A DNA stretch of 64,000 nucleotides from assembly GCA_017450435.1 (NCBI GenBank), contig JAFSTO010000032.1:10420-74419 (forward strand). The letters are read 5' to 3'. Below, piece after piece: positions 44,223-51,347 of the stretch. The notes beneath the pieces were generated by a model. The model searched no databases. It was given only the letters and a program-made list of their open reading frames with translations, and was not told the DNA's origin. This DNA comes from Paludibacteraceae bacterium. Lineage in GTDB: Bacteria > Bacteroidota > Bacteroidia > Bacteroidales > Paludibacteraceae. Positions within the stretch are counted from its first letter, which is position 1, and each line of letters opens with the position of its first letter. Both the position numbers and the translations under genes were made by a program.

Positions 44223-44229
44223 GTCTCGC

Positions 44230-44322
44230 GTATGCGCGTGGAGCAAAAAAGTACGATAATAAAAGCGTTACTTTACTGATAATCAGACGAACGTTGTATG
44301 TGCGTGGAGCAAAAAAAGTACG
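44230..44322. promoter_or_regulatory. pair of ~26-nt direct repeats (candidate operator sites) in the susC/regulator divergent region
   Basis: GTATGCGCGTGGAGCAAAAAAGTACG (44230-44255) and GTATGTGCGTGGAGCAAAAAAAGTACG (44296-44322). The first copy abuts the susC -33 element. Confidence 0.5.
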
Positions 44323-44362
44323 TTAAAAGTATCTGCTAAAAGTGCGTTTTCTAAAGGTAAAT

Positions 44363-44393
44363 TTGCGTGTTTCGTTTTATTTTAGTATTTTTG
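44363..44393 (+). promoter_or_regulatory. Bacteroidetes-type promoter of the DUF6377 regulator gene
   Basis: TTTGCGT with TTG at 44363-44365, 20 nt spacer, TATTTTTG at 44386-44393. This is only 4 nt before the annotated ATG at 44398. Confidence 0.5.
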
Positions 44394-44397
44394 CAGT

Positions 44398-45960
44398 ATG
44401 AAAAATCGATTAACGTTTATGCGTCGTATTCTTGTCAGTATTGTCTGTTCATTGTTTGTTGCAACGTCAGTGGCAACAGAGTTGGATTCGCTGCTTTCGG
44501 TGTATGACAACGAGGTGGCACGGTCAGAAATATACATCGGTTATAGGCTGCGAACTATGGATTCGCTGAGGCATATTGCTCCGTTTTCCGAGGAGGCTAT
44601 GTTGAGTCTTGGTGAAGAGTACAGCTCCCTGCAGAGCGACTCGGCCCGCAGGTGCTTATACTCCTTGCTTGATGCTTCGGAGCCGCTACGGAGTCAGGCT
44701 ATTATAGATCTTGTGTCGCTGTATTCAAAAGTGGGGTTATACCGTGATGGTATGATTGTTGCCGAACAGATGTCGGTAGTGCCGATGCATCTTAGAACGT
44801 ATTATTTCGATGCGATGTTCAAGCTCTATCACGGTGCTTCTGACCAGACAACATTGCCGGCTGAAAAGCAGATGTTGCACACTATTGCGCATCAGTGGCA
44901 GGACTCGTTGCTTTGCGAGTTGAGGCAACTTACAGAAATCGAATTTTTCAGAATGCTTTACGGCTATCAGTCGGCTAATATCTCAGGTGACTATGCCTCG
45001 GCTCTGCTTTATAACGACAGCATCCTTTCTTTGCTTGATGAGGCAAGTCACGGGTATGCCATCAACGCTTACCGCAGAGCTGTTTTGTACGAAAATTTAG
45101 GCAATGTAGAGCAGCACCGTTGCTGGCTTGTGAGGGCTGCGATAACGGATGTAAGATGCGGTATCACCGACAACGGAGCATCGTGGCTGGTGGCACAAGA
45201 GTGTTATGAGAGAGGGGAAATTGAGCGGGCATATAATTATATAGACTATTCGCTCACTAATGCCTCATATTTTAATGCACCGCAGCGCTATATCCAAACT
45301 CACCCTGTCGGTCATATCATCTCCTCTTCTCGTGAACAGCAACAGAGGCAACTGTCAGGTATGATGATGGTCGTCATCGTGGTGGGCGCTTTCGCAATGT
45401 TGCTGTTGGTGATACTCTTGCTTTACTATATCAACCGCAAGCAGCGTTTGGCGCAACGTAATGCTGAAATCAGTCGCATCAACGAACAGCTGCAGGCAGC
45501 CAATCGCTCGCTTGAGGAGGCTAACCACGTCAAGGAGCAGTATATATGCCGCTACCTTGAGGTTTATAGCGACTATATACGGCGTCTGACGACGATGGCG
45601 CGTAAGGCCGGAGAGAAAGACTCTTCTGCGTTTATGGACAGGGAGATGGATAATTTCTACCGTTCATTCGACGACACGTTTCTTTCGCTGTACGGTACCT
45701 TCGTGCAGGACTTTAATGCCCTCCTGAAGGAAGAAGCACGGCTGACGCCTAAACCCGGGGAGAGAATGACAATAGAGATGAGAATATTCGCCCTTATACT
45801 GCTTGGAATAAACAGCAGTGCAAAGATTGCCGAGTTGCTGTGTTATTCGCCTAATACCATCAGCAACTATCGTGTACGTATAAAGAACAACGCACTCGGC
45901 GACCGTGATACGTTCGAAGACCGGGTGCGCCTTATCGGCAGTCATACTCAAGACCGCTGA
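44398..45960 (+). CDS. DUF6377-family membrane-anchored transcriptional regulator (TPR-like sensor, 1 TM, coiled coil, LuxR-type HTH)
   Basis: Mid-protein TM MMMVVIVVGAFAMLLLVILLLYY. Coiled coil RINEQLQAANRSLEEANHVKEQYI. C-terminal EMRIFALILLGINSSAKIAELLCYSPNTISNYRVRIKNNA. The true start may be Met8 (44419) given the promoter position. Confidence 0.75.
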   Translation: MKNRLTFMRRILVSIVCSLFVATSVATELDSLLSVYDNEVARSEIYIGYRLRTMDSLRHIAPFSEEAMLSLGEEYSSLQSDSARRCLYSLLDASEPLRSQAIIDLVSLYSKVGLYRDGMIVAEQMSVVPMHLRTYYFDAMFKLYHGASDQTTLPAEKQMLHTIAHQWQDSLLCELRQLTEIEFFRMLYGYQSANISGDYASALLYNDSILSLLDEASHGYAINAYRRAVLYENLGNVEQHRCWLVRAAITDVRCGITDNGASWLVAQECYERGEIERAYNYIDYSLTNASYFNAPQRYIQTHPVGHIISSSREQQQRQLSGMMMVVIVVGAFAMLLLVILLLYYINRKQRLAQRNAEISRINEQLQAANRSLEEANHVKEQYICRYLEVYSDYIRRLTTMARKAGEKDSSAFMDREMDNFYRSFDDTFLSLYGTFVQDFNALLKEEARLTPKPGERMTIEMRIFALILLGINSSAKIAELLCYSPNTISNYRVRIKNNALGDRDTFEDRVRLIGSHTQDR

Positions 45961-45998
45961 GGCTGTGGGAAGTGCGACCGTTTCTCGTCGGTCACTTG

Positions 45999-46775
45999 TC
46001 ATTTAGCTGCAAGAATCGAAATTTCGTAGAGAAGATAGACCGGCAGGGTGACGATAAGCAGTGTAACAGCATCGCCTGTAGGGGTGATAACCGCCGCCAC
46101 TATCATGATGATGACAAAGGCGTGCTTGCGGTAGCGGCGGAGGGCAGAACGGTCAACCAACCCTATATGGGATAAGAACCAAGTCACAACCGGCAGTTCG
46201 AACATCACACCCATCATTAAAGACAATACAAGGAAAGAAGATATATACGACGACAGAGTAATCGTGTTCACCACATCGGCCTGCACCTGATAGGTGGCGA
46301 GAAAACGATACGACAGCGGGAAGATAAGAAAATAGTTAAGCAGCACTCCCGCTAAGAACAAACAACCGGCTGCTGCGACGAGAGCACCGGAGAACCGGCG
46401 TTCTTTTTCGTAGAGCGCCGGAGATACAAAGCGGTATAGCAATATGATTATATATGGCGACGCCACCACCAGTCCTGCCCAAAGCGAGGCGGAGAGGTGA
46501 GTCATAAACTGCGATGTCAGTTCGGTGGAGATAAAGTGTGAGTCAAAACTGTCCGGACAGAGAAACTGCCAACCGGTCAACTCAGCCATCCGGCATAGAG
46601 CACGGTATAGGCAGAAGTCGCTTTGAGATGGAGCAAAAAGAATACGGAAAAGAGGGTCGCGCAGCGCAAAACACACCACGAAAGCCGCTGCCCAGACAAG
46701 CAGTGCGCGCCAAAGAACACCGCGTAGCTCGTCAAGGTGTTCCCATACTGACATGTTCTTCTCGTCTTTTCCCAT
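45999..46775 (-). CDS. tatC: twin-arginine translocase subunit TatC
   Basis: N-terminal WEHLDELRGVLWRAL, six hydrophobic segments, about 258 aa, downstream of tatA. Confidence 0.9.
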   Translation of the reverse strand: MGKDEKNMSVWEHLDELRGVLWRALLVWAAAFVVCFALRDPLFRILFAPSQSDFCLYRALCRMAELTGWQFLCPDSFDSHFISTELTSQFMTHLSASLWAGLVVASPYIIILLYRFVSPALYEKERRFSGALVAAAGCLFLAGVLLNYFLIFPLSYRFLATYQVQADVVNTITLSSYISSFLVLSLMMGVMFELPVVTWFLSHIGLVDRSALRRYRKHAFVIIMIVAAVITPTGDAVTLLIVTLPVYLLYEISILAAK

Positions 46776-46867
46776 TTACCATTTACGTTTCTGCCAAAGT
46801 GTAGAGACGGTATTTTTTACCGTCTCTCAAAAACCGTTCCTCAATCACTCTCTTTCTTATTCTCCGT

Positions 46868-47086
46868 TTAGTTCTCTGTCTTATTCTTTACTTTTTTCTC
46901 TGCCTTATCACCTTTCTCTGCCTTATCTTGATTTTCTTTCTTGTCTTCGTCCGGTTCACCGGCAAGACCTTTCTTGTAGGCATTGACGCCCTGACCGATG
47001 CCGCGCATCAGTTTGGGAATCTGACTGCCGCCGAAGAGCAGAAGGATAATGGCGGCGATAATAATGATTTCAGTTGTTCCGAGCAT
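46868..47086 (-). CDS. tatA: twin-arginine translocase subunit TatA/E
   Basis: MLGTTEIIIIAAIILLLFGGSQIPKLMRGIGQGVNAYKKG followed by an acidic/lysine-rich tail. 72 aa. Confidence 0.9.
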   Translation of the reverse strand: MLGTTEIIIIAAIILLLFGGSQIPKLMRGIGQGVNAYKKGLAGEPDEDKKENQDKAEKGDKAEKKVKNKTEN

Positions 47087-47209
47087 AATTATATCAATTA
47101 GAATAGTTTATATTGAATAGAATTTCTTTTACGTGTGGAAACGATAATCGGTTGGTGGCATGCGATGCTTGCCGTCTCTCAAAACGCCTTTACTTATCCG
47201 TTTCAACTG

Positions 47210-47240
47210 CAAAGATACTTGATTTCCGCGAATTATGCAA
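47210..47240 (-). promoter_or_regulatory. Bacteroidetes-type promoter for tatA-tatC
   Basis: On the - strand, TTGC (complement of 47237-47240), 20 nt spacer, TATCTTTG (complement of 47210-47217). Confidence 0.5.
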
Positions 47241-47427
47241 CAACTAATGCAGATTTTTGTGCTTTATTGATAAAATAATACATAATTGCATTATTGTTAA
47301 TAGCAGACACGTACTACAACACGGCTTTAACTATTAAAAATATGTCCGTGGAAATCTGTTATATGGCATAAAATTTGTATAATGATAGCAGAGTGGTAGG
47401 TTGTCTTGAGAGGCGGGACAGAATACC

Positions 47428-47507
47428 ATCTGACACCCCGTTTCACGTTGTTCGCGGGGACCCCGTTATCTGACACCCCGTTTCACGTTGTTCGCGGGGA
47501 CCCCGTT
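47428..47507 (+). repeat. perfect 2 x 40-bp tandem direct repeat upstream of the SDR-uxuA genes
   Basis: ATCTGACACCCCGTTTCACGTTGTTCGCGGGGACCCCGTT occurs at 47428-47467 and again at 47468-47507. Each unit holds the 11-nt palindrome CGGGGACCCCG and two ACCCCGTT copies. Confidence 0.9.
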
Positions 47508-47595
47508 GTCTCTACACGTGGGCGGTATAATAGCGCAGTGCTCTCACATCCAACAGCGTAGCGGTCTTAATTCATCAAAAAATCAATAATTTATT

Positions 47596-48405
47596 ATGAG
47601 AAACTTGTTTGATATCCGTGGTAAGGTGGTTGTTCTAACCGGCGGTACGGGTGTGTTAGGGCAGTGCATAGCCCTTTATTTAGCGGAGCAGGGTGCCAAG
47701 GTTGTTGTTCTTGGTCGTCAGGAAGCTGTTGGTCATGCCCTTGAGTTCAAGCTTAACGAAGCCGGCGAAGGCTTCTTCCTCAAAACCGATGTGCTTGACG
47801 AGGCTGCTTTGGTGCAGAACAAGAACGATATTCTCGCGCGTTATGGTACGATAGATGTTCTTATCAACGCTGCCGGTGGCAATATGTCCGGTGCTACCAT
47901 TGCGCCGGATAAGACTTATCTTGACTTGGATACCGCCGCTTTCAGGAACGTGGTGGACCTGAATCTATTCGGTACGGTACTCCCGACAAAAGTATTTGGC
48001 GGGGTTATGTGTGAGAAGAAAGAAGGTTGTATAGTCAACTTTTGCTCAGAGGCGGCTCTACGTCCGCTCACGCGAGTGGTAGGGTATAGTGCTGCCAAGT
48101 CGGCTATTGCAAGTTACACCAAGTTCATGGCGGCAGAGATGGCGATGAAGTACAGTCCGAGAATTCGCGTTAACGCTATTGTGCCGGGATTTATTATCAC
48201 TAATCAGAACCGCACCCTTCTTACGAACGAGGACGGTTCGCTGACAGACCGTGGCAAGACCATCATCGCGCACACACCGGCAGGTCGTTTCTCTGAACCT
48301 GAGGAACTGCTTGGTACTATCCATTATCTTATCTCCGAAGCGTCGTCATTCGTCACAGGGGCACTCTCTATTGTGGATGGCGGATTTGATGCTTTCAGTA
48401 TCTGA
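47596..48405 (+). CDS. short-chain dehydrogenase/reductase, likely the D-mannonate/fructuronate oxidoreductase partner of UxuA
   Basis: Rossmann motif TGGTGVLG, NAAG, catalytic YSAAKSA (YxxxK). Located immediately upstream of uxuA. Confidence 0.75.
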   Translation: MRNLFDIRGKVVVLTGGTGVLGQCIALYLAEQGAKVVVLGRQEAVGHALEFKLNEAGEGFFLKTDVLDEAALVQNKNDILARYGTIDVLINAAGGNMSGATIAPDKTYLDLDTAAFRNVVDLNLFGTVLPTKVFGGVMCEKKEGCIVNFCSEAALRPLTRVVGYSAAKSAIASYTKFMAAEMAMKYSPRIRVNAIVPGFIITNQNRTLLTNEDGSLTDRGKTIIAHTPAGRFSEPEELLGTIHYLISEASSFVTGALSIVDGGFDAFSI

Positions 48406-48446
48406 ACATTGAAAGCTGAATTGATTAATGTTGAAAAACTACTGTT

Positions 48447-49637
48447 ATGTACTTGTGTGAACAAACAATGCGTTGGTACGGTCCCTCTGATCCGGTCAGC
48501 CTTGCAGATATACGTATGTCGGGCGCTTCGGGCGTCATAACGGCACTGCACCATATACCTAACGGCGAGGTGTGGACTGTGGAAGAGATAATGTGTCGTA
48601 AGAACATGATAGAGCAGGCTGGACTCCGTTGGAGCGGAGTGGAATCGGTGCCTGTTCATGAACATATAAAAACGCAGGAGGGCGACTGGAGACGATACGT
48701 AGAGAACTACAAACATACGCTGCGCAACCTTGGCATGTGTGGTATCAAGATGGTTACTTACAACTTCATGCCGGTTCTCGACTGGACCCGTACTGACCTC
48801 AACTATGTCTTTGAAGACGGGTCACACGGGCTGATGTTCGAGAAGGCGGCGTATATGGCGTTTGACCTTTTTATACTGAAGCGCGAGGGGGCGAAGAACG
48901 ACTACACACAAGAAGAAATAGCCCGCGCTGAGGCACGTTTTGACAAGATGACTGAAGAGGAGAAGAACACCCTCACACGAACGATGATAATGGGCTTGCC
49001 GGGTAGCGAAGAGTCGTTTACTTTGGAACAACTACGTGAGCAACTCCAGCGGTATAAGCATATTGATGCCAATGCGCTGCGCAGCAACCTCATTACTTTC
49101 CTGCGTGAAGTGTGTCCTGTGGCAGATGAAGCAGGCATCAGTCTTGTTATTCACCCGGACGACCCGCCTATGCCTGTTCTCGGTTTGCCGAGAGTGCTTT
49201 CGTCGGCAGAGGATTTTCAAGCGCTCATTGACGCAGTGCCCAACAAGAGTAACGGTCTTTGCCTCTGCACCGGCTCTTTCGGAGGAGCAGGCAAGCACGA
49301 CTTGGTGGGGATGATGAGACGCTTTGGCGACCGAATAAATTTCGTACACCTGCGTGCTGTCAGTCAGATGCCCGACGGCGACTTCTATGAGCGCTGGACA
49401 TTCGAGGGAGACCTTGACACTTACGCTTTCCTGAAAGCTATGCTCGAGGTGGAGAAACAAAGAGGCTGTTCTATCCCGCTAAGACCGGACCACGGGCATC
49501 AAATATGCGATGACCTTAGCTCCGGCAAACGCACCAATCCCGGATACACACTTCTCGGGCGTATGCGCGAGCTGGCAGAGATAAGAGGTATGGAACGTGC
49601 CATAGCTGCCGAACTATATCAGACCGCTGCACTGTGA
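48447..49637 (+). CDS. uxuA: mannonate dehydratase
   Basis: N-terminus [19 protein letters not shown] is typical of UxuA. About 396 aa. Xylose-isomerase-like TIM barrel pattern. Confidence 0.88.
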   Translation: MYLCEQTMRWYGPSDPVSLADIRMSGASGVITALHHIPNGEVWTVEEIMCRKNMIEQAGLRWSGVESVPVHEHIKTQEGDWRRYVENYKHTLRNLGMCGIKMVTYNFMPVLDWTRTDLNYVFEDGSHGLMFEKAAYMAFDLFILKREGAKNDYTQEEIARAEARFDKMTEEEKNTLTRTMIMGLPGSEESFTLEQLREQLQRYKHIDANALRSNLITFLREVCPVADEAGISLVIHPDDPPMPVLGLPRVLSSAEDFQALIDAVPNKSNGLCLCTGSFGGAGKHDLVGMMRRFGDRINFVHLRAVSQMPDGDFYERWTFEGDLDTYAFLKAMLEVEKQRGCSIPLRPDHGHQICDDLSSGKRTNPGYTLLGRMRELAEIRGMERAIAAELYQTAAL

Positions 49638-49733
49638 GAAGTGAGTCCGCTACGCTGTATCTTTGTGGACTGCTCGCCGGGTAGGCGATGAGTGACTGAT
49701 AAAAATAAAGTTTAAACCAAGTTCAAATAAGAG

Positions 49734-50732
49734 ATGAAAACACGTTTGTTAATTCTTATTATTTCTCTACTGTGCCTTCCCTTGCATACTATTCATTCTG
49801 AAAATATGACATCTACCGGTATTGTCGGAAACAACGTTGATGCTGCTGCTAACACCTGTTCCTATATTAAGCCTTTCTGCTCAATGCTGCTTTATCAAGG
49901 TGGTCAACAACCCGATGACAATGGTATAGCGACATCGGAGGAGTATGTCTCCGGCAGCGGCGGTATTTATAGAATCCGTATCGGTCGCCTTACTGTTTAT
50001 CTGCCGTCCGGAGCCCCTGCGGACAAACCTTTAACTACGGTGTTGGTTATTCCCGGAGGTGGTTATATGCACGTGTCAGCGGTAAACGAAGGAACCAACA
50101 CTGCCGCCTTTCTTCTTAAGCAGGGCTATGCTGTGGCGGTTCTCACGTACCGGTTGCCTAATAAGCATGAGTATATTCCTATAGAGGATGCTGTCAGGGC
50201 TATGAATATCCTGCGCGATAGTGCTGCTGTATGGAACCTTGATGAGAAACATATCGGCGTGATGGGTTTCTCTGCCGGTGGACATCTGGCGGCATCATTG
50301 CTCACCAAGGCTTCCATAGGTGCTGCTCTGCCCTTGCCGAGTGGCGACGATGTAAGGCGGGCAAGACCGGACTTCGGTGTGCTGGTATATCCTGTTGTGT
50401 CAATGGACGGGACAATTACTCACCAAGGCTCGTGCAATAATCTGTTAGGTGACAATCCGACAAACGACAAACGACTCGAGTGGTCGGCTGAACGAAATGT
50501 TACATCTCAGATGCCACCCTGCTTCATTGTAGCTTGTCAGGATGATAAGACTGTGCCGGTGGAGAACTCCATCCGTCTGTACCAATCACTGACAGCGGCC
50601 GGTGTACGGGCTTCGATGATTATCGTTCCCGAAGGCGGACACGGATGGGGATTTACGCGGGATTTCCCGCAACGTAATCTTGTGGAAAAAGCGCTGACAG
50701 AATTCCTTAAAGAGCAGAGTAATGATGATTGA
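49734..50732 (+). CDS. secreted alpha/beta-hydrolase (esterase)
   Basis: Signal peptide present. VIPGGGYMHVS oxyanion region, nucleophile elbow GFSAGGHLA, distal GGHGWG. Confidence 0.75.
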   Translation: MKTRLLILIISLLCLPLHTIHSENMTSTGIVGNNVDAAANTCSYIKPFCSMLLYQGGQQPDDNGIATSEEYVSGSGGIYRIRIGRLTVYLPSGAPADKPLTTVLVIPGGGYMHVSAVNEGTNTAAFLLKQGYAVAVLTYRLPNKHEYIPIEDAVRAMNILRDSAAVWNLDEKHIGVMGFSAGGHLAASLLTKASIGAALPLPSGDDVRRARPDFGVLVYPVVSMDGTITHQGSCNNLLGDNPTNDKRLEWSAERNVTSQMPPCFIVACQDDKTVPVENSIRLYQSLTAAGVRASMIIVPEGGHGWGFTRDFPQRNLVEKALTEFLKEQSNDD

Positions 50733-50842
50733 TACAGATGAATTGACGGTTGATATTCTTATCGTCTCTCGAACTTACAACTGACAGCTGCCTGCTAACC
50801 TCTACCTATTTTCGGCTATAAATACGTTTTTTTACTTTTTTC

Positions 50843-50873
50843 TTGCGTATATAAATAAAAAGAATTACCTTTG
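50843..50873 (+). promoter_or_regulatory. Bacteroidetes-type promoter for the small ferredoxin gene
   Basis: TTTTTTCTTGCGTAT with TTG at 50843-50845, 20 nt spacer, TACCTTTG at 50866-50873. The upstream block is nearly identical to the one at 60518-60532. Confidence 0.55.
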
Positions 50874-50946
50874 CAGATGTGTTCAGTATCCCCATTTGTG
50901 GGGAGCGTGGCAAAATCTGAAATAATCTGACAAGCTCAGTTCTTTT

Positions 50947-50996
50947 CGGATAATATCGGATAAATTCGGATAAACCCGGATAATAAGAATAATACA
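50947..50996 (+). repeat. 10-nt periodic tract (CGGATAATAT CGGATAAATT CGGATAAACC CGGATAATAA GAATAATACA) in the ferredoxin 5' leader
   Basis: Read directly. The tract degenerates into AATAAA-type repeats up to the ATG at 51022. Confidence 0.7.
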
Positions 50997-51021
50997 ATAA
51001 ACAATAAAACAATACACAATT

Positions 51022-51186
51022 ATGGCTTATCACATTTCTAACGACTGCGTTGCATGCGGTACATGCATCGACGAGTGTCCGATGGGCGCCATTTCTGAGG
51101 GCGACATCTATTCTATCAATCCTGACGAGTGCACCGAGTGCGGCACATGCGCAAGCGTTTGCCCGAGCGGCGCTATCTCACTCTGA
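51022..51186 (+). CDS. 2x[4Fe-4S] ferredoxin (54 aa, below the ORF-track cutoff)
   Basis: Manual translation gives MAYHISNDCVACGTCIDECPMGAISEGDIYSINPDECTECGTCASVCPSGAISL, which has two CxxCxxCxxxCP motifs. A promoter lies upstream and a terminator downstream. Confidence 0.88.
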   Translation: MAYHISNDCVACGTCIDECPMGAISEGDIYSINPDECTECGTCASVCPSGAISL

Positions 51187-51265
51187 TTGGGTAGTGAAAT
51201 TTCACTAAGCTTAGTATTATTTCACTAATTCGTTAGAAAAATTTTGCTAAGTTGTAAAAGAAAAA

Positions 51266-51297
51266 GTGGTGCGTCACAAAGGCGCACCACTTTTTTT
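51266..51297. terminator. bidirectional intrinsic terminator between the ferredoxin and the convergent aminopeptidase gene
   Basis: GTGGTGCG (51266-51273) pairs with CGCACCAC (51283-51290). The stem is flanked by an A-run upstream and TTTTTTT downstream. Confidence 0.8.
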
Positions 51298-51347
51298 GAT
51301 ATTGGTAATTTATAGCTTGGACCTCTCACCCGCAATTCATCAATCAT

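Noticed and set aside
18027-44223. Genomic island or mobile element interpretation of the accessory block
   Set aside because: I saw no integrase, transposase, tRNA attachment site or flanking direct repeats. Apart from the 5' part of the 1223-aa gene, the composition looks like the rest of the window.
47428-47507. Possible CRISPR array (also considered for the octamer tracts at 25317-25376, 18921-18960 and 16375-16415)
   Set aside because: The repeats are directly adjacent with no spacers. The units are 7-10 nt, or a single 40-nt duplication. No cas genes are in the window.
50806-51033. 75-aa - strand ORF between the esterase and the ferredoxin
   Set aside because: It covers the ferredoxin promoter and the decamer-repeat leader. 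Its translation is low-complexity (Y/L/I/K-rich). The real gene here is the 54-aa + strand ferredoxin.
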